From NCBI GenBank assembly GCA_965204345.1, contig OZ241981.1, positions 1-64,000 on the forward strand: a stretch of DNA of 64,000 nucleotides, given 5' to 3'. This DNA comes from Nitrosopumilus sp. (GTDB taxonomy: Archaea > Thermoproteota > Nitrososphaeria > Nitrososphaerales > Nitrosopumilaceae). Below, piece by piece: positions 46,132-56,182 of the stretch (its first letter is position 1; the number at the start of each line of letters is the position of its first letter). The notes beneath the pieces were generated by a model that had not been told where the DNA came from, made no database searches, and saw only the letters and a program-made list of their open reading frames with translations. The translations under genes and the position numbers were made by a program.

Positions 46132-46281
46132 TTAGTCTATTTGCATTGGCTTGCATCTTTGACTCCTAGGTGTCCTCTTTTTCTCCTGTGCTGTACCGGG
46201 TTCCTTCCTTTGGTCTGGCACTTTGCATTCAAGTGTCTGCTTGGACAAGACTGGTTCTGTTGCTCTTTTTCTTTTAGGCAT
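46132..46281 (-). CDS. Small basic protein (49 aa)
   Basis: MPKRKRATEPVLSKQTLECKVPDQRKEPG...; below ORF-track cutoff. Confidence 0.3.
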   Translation of the reverse strand: MPKRKRATEPVLSKQTLECKVPDQRKEPGTAQEKKRTPRSQRCKPMQID

Positions 46282-46731
46282 TATCTATGACTGCAAATGT
46301 GGGCAATGGACACACTTGGTATCAAAGCACGCTTCATAATTCGGCAAACTCATCATCTATCAGATATAGCTTAGTTTGTTGGTTAATCATCAGCATTCTT
46401 TCTTATGGTTGGCAATGATATGTTATTAATATTATTATTATTCCGTCTGTCTGCCATGACTTTTTGATGTGATTTGTTTTAATTTTATTGTGGCCAATTC
46501 TGAAAAAGCATGCAAGCAGCATGTCGTACTGCAAATCACTGCTAGGTGCCATGGTGCAATCAAAATTACCAAGCACGGCAGTCCTAAAAGTGTATGATAC
46601 AAAGCGTCACATGTAGAGCTGTGGTTTAGCCGGACTAGCAATCAAAGAGGAATGCAAAGAGGCAAATTTGAGTGGGAACTTGCAAATGTTAGAACATGTG
46701 TCATAAAGGAATTGCTTGTAAAGCCTGAAAA

Positions 46732-46995
46732 CTAGTATCTGACCTTTCTGATCAGGTGCGGTTCCTTTAGCATAATTGTATTGTCGTCCTTTGTTGATGA
46801 CAATTCGACTTGCTTGAGATTGTGGCTTGTAATCACGATTAATGCCTCGCATCTTAAACAAAGGACTGTCTTGCCATTTGATCTTTCTTCCCTAACTAGG
46901 TCCTTTTCTAGCCTGTCCTCTTTTTGGCATGTTGGACAGAGCTTGGGCTCTTTTAGAATCATGATGATTTCCTTGATGAAAATGGTTTTTCCCAT
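46732..46995 (-). CDS. Zinc-ribbon protein
   Basis: CPTC...CLRC. Confidence 0.75.
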   Translation of the reverse strand: MGKTIFIKEIIMILKEPKLCPTCQKEDRLEKDLVREERSNGKTVLCLRCEALIVITSHNLKQVELSSTKDDNTIMLKEPHLIRKVRY

Positions 46996-47172
46996 ATTGG
47001 TAGTTTTTACCTGGTCACTAAAGAGTTTGTGTTGTTAATTGGCATCAGCAATCCGTTTTGAATGTCAAACCGTTTTAATCATTCAAAATTAGAATGATTG
47101 GTATTCAATATATTCCCAACCTAACCAATTAACAATCTCTGGTGCCCCCTCTTGAAAATATATTTTTTTACT

Positions 47173-47313
47173 CTAGATTGATTTTTTCAATAATTCATTG
47201 ATTGCTTTGGAATAACTAAACGATGCGTTTTCCTTTTGTATTTTCCTTGACTGATACTCTCTAATTTTTTTATCAAGATCACGGTTGATGACTATGGTTA
47301 CCCGTTTTGTCAT
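47173..47313 (-). CDS. Ribbon-helix-helix-like small DNA-binding protein (46 aa)
   Basis: MTKRVTIVINRDLDKKIREYQSRKIQKENASFSYSKAINELLKKSI; alternating beta strand followed by two helices. Confidence 0.7.
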   Translation of the reverse strand: MTKRVTIVINRDLDKKIREYQSRKIQKENASFSYSKAINELLKKSI

Positions 47314-47489
47314 GACTTTCTTTTTTGTTTTCAATGTAAATGACCTCGCTGATCATCCCTCATACTAATCCTTAAGTTTTTAGATGAAATTTTTTATATT
47401 TTACAATTTTTTAATGAATTTTATGAAATAAATAATATTAAACCTTAAATAGTTATTTGTATTACAATAATCAATGTTGTTAGTTATAA

Positions 47490-47605
47490 AATCTGGCGAC
47501 TAAATTGCGCTGCCCCGCAGAACAAAAAAAGTAATTCAGGTGTCAGACACTTGACCACAAGAGAGAATCTCTCATAGTTCTGCAGTTAGGGGTCTGCGCC
47601 CTTTT
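47490..47605 (+). ncRNA. Candidate structured small RNA
   Basis: GC-rich island with nested helices and G-U pairs favouring the + strand; TATA-like boxes upstream; T-rich tail. Confidence 0.5.
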
Positions 47606-47620
47606 GTTTTATTTTAATTA

Positions 47621-47806
47621 TCATCTTGATTTTTTAGATCTTGGTTTTGTTCTCAAGACTGCCTTGCAGCAAATGCATCTGACATCCTGCGATAAAAGAA
47701 AAATTCCACAAAATGTGCATCTTTTTTGTCCTACTTCGTACCTAATTCTGTTAGGTACCGGCTTTGCCTTGTATCTCTGGCAAATATTGTTACATGTTCT
47801 GCCCAA
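47621..47806 (-). CDS. Small Cys-rich zinc-finger-like protein
   Basis: C...C...KRC..C......RC.CC...LR. Confidence 0.75.
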   Translation of the reverse strand: MGRTCNNICQRYKAKPVPNRIRYEVGQKRCTFCGIFLLSQDVRCICCKAVLRTKPRSKKSR

Positions 47807-47879
47807 AAATATCTCCCTGTGGAAATTTGGTTTTTATGATATTTGAGTTGTATGTGTTTTTTTTCACTAGTGATAATTT

Positions 47880-48728
47880 TTAGGCTGTTTTGATAATTTT
47901 TGGAATGTCATTTAGTGCTATATTTGAAATGATTTTGGCATCAAATTTTGGAGGACTCTCCCCCTGAACTGCAAGTCCTCCTACTAGAACAGAGACTTCT
48001 GAATGTTCTTTGATCTTTTTTACTAATCTCTGGCCTGCCTGAATGTTGTCTTTAATCGTAATTGACAAGAACACGATGTCTGGCTTTTCATCATCGATAA
48101 AGTTCAGTATGGCTTCTGTTGGAATGGACGTTCCCATGTTGTATGTTTTAAATCCTTTAGATGAGAGGTATGTTTCAAGCACATCGCATCCCAGTCTGTG
48201 CTCCTCGCCTACTGGAACACAGATTAAAACTTTCTTCTTCTTTTGATTTCCAGACACATGTTTCATTATTTTACTTATCAGAATTTGTGCTGTATTGCTT
48301 GCAATGTGTTCTGTGGCAATGCTGATTTTATTAGTGACCCAATCCTCCCCAATCTTATACATGACTGGCTTGAGGACTGTCTCCAAGAAATTCACAAAAT
48401 TAAAACTGTCTGTATATTCTTCATACAGTTTTAGTGCGTCTTGAGTGTTCCCTTCTGTCAGTCTTTTATACAGTTTCTCTTGAATTTTTTTTGTAGCATT
48501 TTGACTGTTTTTAATATTTTTTGGATTATATTTTGCTACTGCTGATAATATTTTGGAATCTTTTCTGTAATCTACCGGTATGTCCTCCTCAGTTATCTCT
48601 GATGCTTTTCCAAAATACTTTATGATTTCTTGCTTTGATGTCTTCTTTTTTGAGTCCCATACACTTTTGACAAGATAGAGATATTGGTCGGATTTTACGT
48701 TTTTTACCCTGATGTATGCCATGATCAA
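47880..48728 (-). CDS. Cobalamin (B12)-binding domain protein with basic N-terminal domain
   Basis: IG..W......ATEH cap; GEEH.LG; LSIT; VGG. Confidence 0.85.
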   Translation of the reverse strand: MIMAYIRVKNVKSDQYLYLVKSVWDSKKKTSKQEIIKYFGKASEITEEDIPVDYRKDSKILSAVAKYNPKNIKNSQNATKKIQEKLYKRLTEGNTQDALKLYEEYTDSFNFVNFLETVLKPVMYKIGEDWVTNKISIATEHIASNTAQILISKIMKHVSGNQKKKKVLICVPVGEEHRLGCDVLETYLSSKGFKTYNMGTSIPTEAILNFIDDEKPDIVFLSITIKDNIQAGQRLVKKIKEHSEVSVLVGGLAVQGESPPKFDAKIISNIALNDIPKIIKTA

Positions 48729-48880
48729 CTTTTCCTGTCATGGCATATAACTAATGCTAACTTTATGCTATAGTGCTAACAATGATATTTTTGAGATTTT
48801 TTGTGCCTAGTAATCCTGATAATTAGCACTAGTAATTTATTTTAACACTAGGTTATATACAATGAGTGAGGACAGTCAAC

Positions 48881-49807
48881 ATGAAAGCAGCAGCAGCAAC
48901 AACAGCAATAACTGCAATATCGGCAATTGGATTGCTATTGGCAGTAACCTCAACTGTACCTACTGCCTATGCGGATGTCCCAGAATGGGTAAAGAACACC
49001 GCCGGCTGGTGGGCAGATGATGTTATTACCGAATCTGAATTTATTTCAGGTGTTGAATTTTTGATTGCAGATGGAATCATTGAGGTTCCGCCATCAGCTG
49101 TCTCCTCTGAGGTATCTAAGAGCGTTCCGGACTGGGTAAAGAACACCGCCGGCTGGTGGGCAGATGATGTTATTACTGATGGTGAATTTCTAGGTGCAAT
49201 TCAATACTTGGTAAAATCCGGACTCATTTCAGTATCTGTTGGTTCCCAACCTGTGCAATCCCCTCCAGCTGATTTGACTGGCGGCGATTCAAAATTGGCC
49301 GCACTTGAGGCAGAATTAGAAAAATGCTCTGAAATTCTCAAAGCATACAAAAGAATTGACTGTGAAAAACCGCTCAACAAGGCCATAATGCTTCACATGT
49401 ATCAAACAGATGCTGAGACTATCGAAATTGGGCCAATCACATACTATTGGTTTGGCCTTGGCTCTGAGGGAAATGAGTTTGAAATAACTCCGACTGGACA
49501 GCCAATACTGACAATTCGCATGCTGGCAGAAAATACCAGCTCAGAGATTGCCGCAATCAATTGCACCAGTCCCTCCATCTGTGCATATGATGTCTGGGAT
49601 GGTTCCAAGGTCTTCAAGTATTCTGGAATGGACTTTACCAGCGGACAGATTGTGTTGAATCCTGGTGATTCAAGGGAATTTAATTTTCTCTTTGGACCAA
49701 ACATTGGATATGGTGGCACAGAGTTTGAGTATGACTCTTCAAAGGCATACGCCTTTAGAATCAATGAGGACTTTGGCAGTGCAAGCATTCCATTGAAACT
49801 AGAGTGA
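48881..49807 (+). CDS. Secreted protein with two thaumarchaeal P.WVKN.AGWWA repeats
   Basis: Signal peptide ending AYA; VPEWVKNTAGWWADD and VPDWVKNTAGWWADD. Confidence 0.8.
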   Translation: MKAAAATTAITAISAIGLLLAVTSTVPTAYADVPEWVKNTAGWWADDVITESEFISGVEFLIADGIIEVPPSAVSSEVSKSVPDWVKNTAGWWADDVITDGEFLGAIQYLVKSGLISVSVGSQPVQSPPADLTGGDSKLAALEAELEKCSEILKAYKRIDCEKPLNKAIMLHMYQTDAETIEIGPITYYWFGLGSEGNEFEITPTGQPILTIRMLAENTSSEIAAINCTSPSICAYDVWDGSKVFKYSGMDFTSGQIVLNPGDSREFNFLFGPNIGYGGTEFEYDSSKAYAFRINEDFGSASIPLKLE

Positions 49808-49849
49808 TATACACACTCTCTCCCTCCTTTTCTTCTTTTTATCTGAGTT

Positions 49850-50941
49850 TTATGTGACTATTTCATCCAGTCTGTCTTCTTCCTGGGCTCGCTTTATCTC
49901 CATTGCAATCCTTCGGCCAACGCCAAATGTCTGCCCGTACTGGTACTTTGTATATGGGCTAGTCGTGGCTACAATTGGATTTCCTGGGACTCTAAGTGAC
50001 ACATCATACACAACTAATTCCAAATCCTTTGTAATTACGCTTTGTAATGAAAACGGCCCAATTATTCCGGGAGCATACTCCTTTTTGACTGCTTTTACAA
50101 ACCTGTCTCCAATTTTGAGCACTTTTTCAAGCAGTGATTCTCTTATGCTTGCAGGGGTATGACCTACCTCGATGTTTTGCAAATCAATGTCCATCTCTAG
50201 CTGCTCTCTTGCCGGCAGCGCATTATAATCATGAATATTTGTTTGCAGTCTTCTCTCAATTCCAATAAAATCAACCTGGCTTGAGATTGGCGTATGAAAG
50301 AAATTAAAATTCATGTATGTCCCTACTGCCAGTTCCTCTATGCTTGCCTTTTCAAGATCTTTTTTGGCAATTACCCCCTGTCTTATTTTCTCATCTGATT
50401 TTTGTATGTAGTCTTTGTATGATGAGACCGTAAAGAATGCTCTTTCTAGCGGCCTGTTTTTTTCCTGAACCTTGACAATAGATGGCTTGCTGATTTTTTT
50501 GGGATCCCTGAACAGTCTTGGATATTTTATCCCGGCCTTCTCTAGCAGGTAATACTGCCCTTTCTTGGCTGTTCTCTCCTCGGCCTGGAACAGCCTTCTA
50601 TTTCCAAAGATTGGAACCCTAAATGAATCCTCTATCGTTTTGTATCCCAGGTAAACTGTAAGTGATCTGTGTGGAACTATGATTGTATTTGAATCCCTCA
50701 GCTCTTTTTGATATTTTGCTGATGCCATATCCTTGAACCTGTCCAATACTGTGATCTCATCTGCGATTCTGTCGAATCTCTGATACGGTTCTTCCCTGCC
50801 TTTTTGACAAAAGACCCTTGTTTGAAAATCCTCATCCTTTGCACCATCCATTATTTCAAGCGCCGAATGACTGCCAAGGACTCCTATCTTTACATCCGAA
50901 TAACTGCTGACTATTTTCCTGATTTCAGAACTTTTTATCAT
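49850..50941 (-). CDS. purP: PurP-family (formate-AICAR ligase-like) ATP-grasp protein
   Basis: GSHSALEI.DGAK.E, PHRS, FGNR, RESLL, IGPFSLQ, GRRIAMEI. Confidence 0.85.
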   Translation of the reverse strand: MIKSSEIRKIVSSYSDVKIGVLGSHSALEIMDGAKDEDFQTRVFCQKGREEPYQRFDRIADEITVLDRFKDMASAKYQKELRDSNTIIVPHRSLTVYLGYKTIEDSFRVPIFGNRRLFQAEERTAKKGQYYLLEKAGIKYPRLFRDPKKISKPSIVKVQEKNRPLERAFFTVSSYKDYIQKSDEKIRQGVIAKKDLEKASIEELAVGTYMNFNFFHTPISSQVDFIGIERRLQTNIHDYNALPAREQLEMDIDLQNIEVGHTPASIRESLLEKVLKIGDRFVKAVKKEYAPGIIGPFSLQSVITKDLELVVYDVSLRVPGNPIVATTSPYTKYQYGQTFGVGRRIAMEIKRAQEEDRLDEIVT

Positions 50942-51039
50942 GCTATGCCTAGATGGTGGGATGTAATATAGCTAATTTTTGCTTTCGTTGATCGGTCTGA
51001 ATCAGTAGGCTTTTTTTCAGTCAAAAGCTGACACAAACC

Positions 51040-51183
51040 ATGCTTTATAATTTTGAACTGCAGATGGCCGGAGTAATTTTGCTTGCTGCCATGGCAGCAG
51101 GCGGCATTTCCCTGTGGATAAAACGAAGAAAAGCAAGTCAGGAGTTGGGAAATCCTGAGGATAAAGAGCCAGAAAACCTTTGA
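51040..51183 (+). CDS. Small single-pass membrane protein (47 aa)
   Basis: MLYNFELQMAGVILLAAMAAGGISLWIKRRK...; TM helix followed by a basic cluster. Confidence 0.5.
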   Translation: MLYNFELQMAGVILLAAMAAGGISLWIKRRKASQELGNPEDKEPENL

Positions 51184-51244
51184 TGCATAAATCTGGCTTT
51201 TGCATTGTAATAACATAAAATACTCGACTATCTAAGGCTAGGTA

Positions 51245-51802
51245 TTGAAGCTGATAATTGGAATTACTGGCAGCACCGGTGCAATTTATGGTGTCAGAAT
51301 GCTTGAGACCCTGAAAAAATTAGACGTTAAAACACACCTGATAATATCTGAGTGGGGTCAAAAATGCATCTCTATGGAGACTGATTTTAGTTATGATTAT
51401 GTCAAATCCCTTGCAACACACACTTCTGATGAAAAAAATATGGCATCTAGCATTTCTAGTGGCACACACAAAATTGACGGAATGGTTGTTGCTCCCTGCA
51501 GCATGAAGACCCTTGCAGCCATTGCAAGTGGCTATGATGATACCCTTGTGGCACGTGCGGCAGGTGTTACAATCAAGGAATCCCGAAAACTAGTTTTGAT
51601 GGTTAGGGAGACTCCCCTTTCTGCAATTCATTTGGAAAACATGCTAAAACTATCTAGGCTGGGCATTGTTATTTTGCCCCCTGTTACTGAATTTTACACC
51701 AAGCCCAAGTCCATTGATGATATAGTAAATCACGGCGTCGGAAAATGCCTGGATCAATTTAACGTAGAGCACGATTTATACCCACGATGGGGCACCTTCT
51801 AA
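51245..51802 (+). CDS. ubiX: Flavin prenyltransferase
   Basis: GITGSTG..YG, APCSMKTLA, RAA.VT.KE.R.L, RETP. Confidence 0.95.
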   Translation: MKLIIGITGSTGAIYGVRMLETLKKLDVKTHLIISEWGQKCISMETDFSYDYVKSLATHTSDEKNMASSISSGTHKIDGMVVAPCSMKTLAAIASGYDDTLVARAAGVTIKESRKLVLMVRETPLSAIHLENMLKLSRLGIVILPPVTEFYTKPKSIDDIVNHGVGKCLDQFNVEHDLYPRWGTF

Positions 51803-51809
51803 AATACAG

Positions 51810-52238
51810 TTGCCAAAGTTCTCTCTTGAAAAAACAGCTGACAATAGCAGGGGAATTGTCTTTGAAACATTCTCAAATTTTAAAGACTATCAAAAACTGA
51901 TTCCACAGCACTATCCTTCCATCCGCGTTAGGTCTGTCCGTGGAAACGTATCTGTGGTTGAGGAGCATCTGATTTTAGGCAATCTTGAACTGCTAATCAT
52001 GGCAAAACACATTTCCCAAAATCCAACACTTCACGAAATCTTTGTAATTGGCGGTGATGCAAAGGGCAGTCACATAAGGCAAGAGTTCGTTGAGCTTCAA
52101 AAAGGAACAAAGATCCTAGTTGACGTTGACCTAAAACTAGGGGGCAGCCTGAAACTTTCCTGCATGCTTGGAAAGAGTAACCTCAAAGATGACTATGGTA
52201 AGATTCTAGACGATCTTGTTAAACTTGCTGAAAACTAG
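51810..52238 (+). CDS. SRPBCC/polyketide cyclase-like protein
   Basis: VF....NF..Y...IP start of a START-like fold; 142 aa. Confidence 0.65.
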   Translation: MPKFSLEKTADNSRGIVFETFSNFKDYQKLIPQHYPSIRVRSVRGNVSVVEEHLILGNLELLIMAKHISQNPTLHEIFVIGGDAKGSHIRQEFVELQKGTKILVDVDLKLGGSLKLSCMLGKSNLKDDYGKILDDLVKLAEN

Positions 52239-52441
52239 TCTGCCTTTGTCTCCTTGTCTTTGAAATCCTTGAGTTCCTTGTCGCCCTCAATTTTTCCCTT
52301 TTCAAATTCTCCCCTGGCCTTGCCAAACGTCTTGGCAAGCTCTGGAATCTTTTTTGCCCCAAAAATGAGCACCCCGATAACTATCACAATGATGACTAGT
52401 TCTCCGCCCTGTGGAATAAAGTTTGATACGCTTTCAAGCAT
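52235..52441 (-). CDS. tatA: Twin-arginine translocase TatA
   Basis: TM then FGAKKIPELAKTFGKA..EF. Confidence 0.95.
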   Translation of the reverse strand: MLESVSNFIPQGGELVIIVIVIGVLIFGAKKIPELAKTFGKARGEFEKGKIEGDKELKDFKDKETKAD

Positions 52442-52469
52442 TGCTAGTTATTATTTGATGATTTTAGAT

Positions 52470-53261
52470 TTAAATGTTCAATTTTCTGCGTTCCTTACGC
52501 TCAATGATGATCATGCCTGTGGCATACAGTGCCATCATTGGCACTGAAATAAACCACATTGTGACCCCGCTTCCATCTGGCGTAATCACTGCGCCAAAAA
52601 TGACAATTATTACGACTGCGTACCTGATATTCTTCCTCCAAAAATCCGAATCTACCATTCCGGAGGCTGATACTGCATACATTACTAGTGGAAGTTGAAA
52701 TGAAAATCCAAATGCCAGCAAAAATTGCAGAACAAATGTTACAAATTCTATGACATTAAGAAACGTAACTAGTCCTGCTGATTCGCCATACCTGTACAGA
52801 AATTCTAAAATGTATGGTATGACTAGGTTATACGAGAACACGCAGCCTGCAACAAACAACCCTAGTGCCGGCAGTGTGATGCTTCTGCTAACATTGATTT
52901 CGTTTTCTTTTAGCGCAGGCTTGATGAATCCTACCATCTCTCTGATGATTACCGGCATTCCTATCACAATCCCGACTAGTGCTGCGATGTATACCTGGGC
53001 AAAGAATGCCTGACCTGGGGCCGTTTGAATTAACTGTACGTCTGGCGGCACCAGGTTTGTTTTCATGTAGCCTGTAATTTGAGCTGCAATGTTGTTTAAT
53101 GGTTCAGGCGTTGGATAGTACAATGTGAATTGTCCTGCTTGAAATGGCTCTGCATGAAATGTTAATATGAATACCGTAAACCCGGCAATGACTAGGACAA
53201 TTTTGAGCAATCTTTTTCTTAGCTCCTCAAAATGTTTGTTGATACCGTCCAATTCTGACAT
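52470..53261 (-). CDS. tatC: Twin-arginine translocase TatC
   Basis: HFEELRKRL, F..PAL..NE, FQLP, A.ITPD. Confidence 0.95.
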   Translation of the reverse strand: MSELDGINKHFEELRKRLLKIVLVIAGFTVFILTFHAEPFQAGQFTLYYPTPEPLNNIAAQITGYMKTNLVPPDVQLIQTAPGQAFFAQVYIAALVGIVIGMPVIIREMVGFIKPALKENEINVSRSITLPALGLFVAGCVFSYNLVIPYILEFLYRYGESAGLVTFLNVIEFVTFVLQFLLAFGFSFQLPLVMYAVSASGMVDSDFWRKNIRYAVVIIVIFGAVITPDGSGVTMWFISVPMMALYATGMIIIERKERRKLNI

Positions 53262-53291
53262 CGGATCTCTTTGTGTCCTAAACTATATCAA

Positions 53292-53759
53292 TCAAGTGGG
53301 AATCGGCAATAACTTTGCCTCTGGAAGGCCTGCCTCCTTGAGTGCTTCAGCGGTAATTCCCTCAAATTCTAGCGATATGGTTGCTTTGGTGTTAAATTTG
53401 GTCTCCATCTCTTTTGCAAGCCCTGAGATATCCTTGGCAGAATAGATTTCATCTGATCCCCTCAGGATTACCCTGTCTCCCTTTTCCATGTCTTTTCCAT
53501 TGTACTTGCTTTGCAAAAACTTGGTAATTTCTGGCAGTTCTTTTCTGTCTATGTTGTTGTAAAAATAGCATATTCCTTTTACTGACTCGTAATCATATGC
53601 CGTTCCATTTCTGTACATGAAGACCCCGATAAAGTGTGCCTCATCCTCTGGCTCCCTGACGCATTTAATCTCCCAGTTTAACAAATTGCTCTCATCATAA
53701 TCATATTCTCCTAGTTCCTCTGCGGTCAGCTTCCAGTAACGCATTCTTCCTTTTGCCAT
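53292..53759 (-). CDS. Conserved hypothetical protein (start probably MAKGR)
   Basis: Protein-like composition from ATG 53759; the upstream extension in the ORF track looks non-coding. Confidence 0.7.
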   Translation of the reverse strand: MAKGRMRYWKLTAEELGEYDYDESNLLNWEIKCVREPEDEAHFIGVFMYRNGTAYDYESVKGICYFYNNIDRKELPEITKFLQSKYNGKDMEKGDRVILRGSDEIYSAKDISGLAKEMETKFNTKATISLEFEGITAEALKEAGLPEAKLLPIPT

Positions 53760-53964
53760 TATGACTTGTTGTAAATTATTCTGATATAAATTCCATTTCC
53801 ATGTGACTGGTCCTCTTTTGCGGCAGACAGCCATGTCGTGCAGGCTATCCCTAAACGCAGATCCCAAGCCGGAGACCTGGGGGGACTGATATCTCAAAAT
53901 AACCATAAAGGAACAAAATTATTCGAAAGATAGATTAACCTCGATCCTTTCTTCCAACCTGTTA

Positions 53965-54225
53965 ATGGCAACTTTTAACGTTCATGTTACAATTGAAAAC
54001 AAGCCTGGCATCAGTGATCCTGAGGGTGAGACAATTCTTAATGACTTGGTGCTTAAGGGAACTCACAAAACAGTCTCAAAAATCAAAACTGCAAAGATGC
54101 TAAAATTCACCATTGAAGAAGAAAATAAGGACACTGCCCAATCAAAGATGCAAGAGATTTGTGATGATTTGAGAATATACAATCCCATGGTAAGCAAGGT
54201 CACCATAGATGTTTTTGAAGGCTAA
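53965..54225 (+). CDS. purS: FGAM synthase subunit PurS
   Basis: KPGISDPEGETI, K......, YNP. Confidence 0.9.
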   Translation: MATFNVHVTIENKPGISDPEGETILNDLVLKGTHKTVSKIKTAKMLKFTIEEENKDTAQSKMQEICDDLRIYNPMVSKVTIDVFEG

Positions 54226-54532
54226 ATTATTCTGACTCGGCATTTTCTGCTGTGGCCCCTAAGAAAAGCTTACCTGTCAGAAATCCTGCCAAGTTAGTTT
54301 GGGTCATTGCCTTGTTATTTTTACTGTAACACTGTTTGTAATCTCTTTTTTTTGAGTGTTGCAGCCTTTCAAACTATTCTTCAAATTCTATGTCTTTTTG
54401 AAGCTCATCTGGCAAACCTGACCACCAATACCTCTGTTTGTTGTTCTCAGACACCAACCCAACGTTCTCTTTATCACTAATAGATCTGTTGGAAAATTTT
54501 TTACAACAACTGTCTAAGAAAACCTGACAAGA

Positions 54533-55006
54533 TCAGTCTTTTGTGTATTTTAAATCCGAATCTTGTTCCTTGATTTTTACGACAACTGTGTCCCCTAGCT
54601 TGCTAAATGCCCTTTGTCTCTTTTCATTAGTGAGGGCCCAGCCTAAAATGACGTCTAATGGAAGCAAAAATGACTTTCCAAACGTGCTGATTAAAATCCC
54701 CTTTAGTCTTGGACTGTCCCCTGAGACGTCCATGACCTTTAGGTTCAACATTTTCTTTCCAATTGTTTTGCCCGTCTTGTATTCCAAAATAGCCCAATAC
54801 CCAAAAAAGACAATGCTTGTAAGTGCGTACTGGAGGCTGTTTGCCCAAAATCCTTCCTCCTCATATTCATTGTAACCTGTTCCATATGATGCAAAAATAA
54901 CTGACGTTGCAATGGATGATATTATTACAAAGTCAATTAGCCATGCTACAAACCTGTCTGTCCATTTTGCCAAGATAATCTCTGGCAGAATGTCTCCATT
55001 ACTCAT
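54533..55006 (-). CDS. RDD family membrane protein
   Basis: RFVAWLID, G.TIGK..L.LKV, RQR.....DTVVV. Confidence 0.9.
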   Translation of the reverse strand: MSNGDILPEIILAKWTDRFVAWLIDFVIISSIATSVIFASYGTGYNEYEEEGFWANSLQYALTSIVFFGYWAILEYKTGKTIGKKMLNLKVMDVSGDSPRLKGILISTFGKSFLLPLDVILGWALTNEKRQRAFSKLGDTVVVKIKEQDSDLKYTKD

Positions 55007-55265
55007 AACATTTTAACTTGTTTTAAGTTAATAAAACATTCTAATCAATAGTTATTGACACCCTGATTTGGACACATGTAATTTATCCTTCTCTCTTTCT
55101 CTAAGATTCTTCTACTTGGATGAAAGCAAAATTTGTCACTTTTTGTTATGTCCTGTGGGAATAAAATCCAGCCTGGAGGGAATATCAGTAAAGATCAGGA
55201 TGATCAGGGGTGCATAAGCGCTGTGCTAAGGGCTTGAAGGCCGCCTTAGGAATTAATAATACTAG

Positions 55266-56123
55266 TTGCTATTAAATTTGAAAATATTTTTGGCCTCTAT
55301 AAATCCCGTTGATCTTTTTTTGTGGACTTTTCGTCGAAATGAAAGAGATGTTGTAAATCTTTACAATGCCCTTTCGCCTGTAATGCAACTTGCAACAAAA
55401 GGAAACATGTTAAATTTTGGATACTGGGACTCTGATCACGCCACTCCGATTTTGGCACAAGAAAATCTCTGTCTGGCCTTTGCTAAAATGGCCGAATTGG
55501 ATTCTGGCAGACATGTTGTGGATGTTGGGAGTGGCCTGTCTGCTCCTGCATTTTTTTGGCAAAATCTTTTTGAAAATATTGCCATCTCTTGTGTCAACAT
55601 CAACTATGATCAGCTCACTTGTTTGGGTCCTAAAAAGAAAATTCATTTTTTTAATTCCTCCTCTACGAAATTACCTTTTTCGGAAAATTCAGCTGATCGT
55701 ATTTTAGCTTTAGAGTCCTCACAGCACTTCAAACCCTTCTCGGAGTTTATTTCAGAGTCAAAAAGGATACTGACTGGTTCGGGGTTGCTGGTTCTGGCAA
55801 TACCTGTGACCCTTAATCCCGCATCTTTCTCAAAGCTGGGGATACTGAAATTCACTTGGTCTTCTGAGCACTATGTTCTGGATGATATTTGTAAAACTAT
55901 TGCCTCTTGTGGATTCAAAATATCTGAGCAAAAACTAATCGGCTCATCTGTTTATCCTCCCCTGGCTGATTATTATGTTGAAAATAGAGACGTGCTTAAA
56001 ACCTCTATTTTGAAGCAATATCCCTCATACGTTGAAAAAATTCTGTTTAGATCAATCCAAAAAATGAAACAGGCCTCTGAGGACGGCATTATTGATTACG
56101 TGTTGCTAAAATGTCATTTGTAG
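55266..56123 (+). CDS. Class I SAM-dependent methyltransferase (sterol/tocopherol C-methyltransferase-like)
   Basis: LNFGYW, VDVGSG, LPF..NS.D...ALES..HF. Confidence 0.85.
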   Translation: MLLNLKIFLASINPVDLFLWTFRRNERDVVNLYNALSPVMQLATKGNMLNFGYWDSDHATPILAQENLCLAFAKMAELDSGRHVVDVGSGLSAPAFFWQNLFENIAISCVNINYDQLTCLGPKKKIHFFNSSSTKLPFSENSADRILALESSQHFKPFSEFISESKRILTGSGLLVLAIPVTLNPASFSKLGILKFTWSSEHYVLDDICKTIASCGFKISEQKLIGSSVYPPLADYYVENRDVLKTSILKQYPSYVEKILFRSIQKMKQASEDGIIDYVLLKCHL

Positions 56124-56182
56124 GCATACCCCTGCCATCTTGTAGGCTAGGTTTTTATTTTTGATATTTTGTCTAAAGGATA

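Noticed and set aside
46286-46730. Overlapping short Cys/His-containing ORFs
   Set aside because: No consistent frame or motif; the true coding strand cannot be determined.
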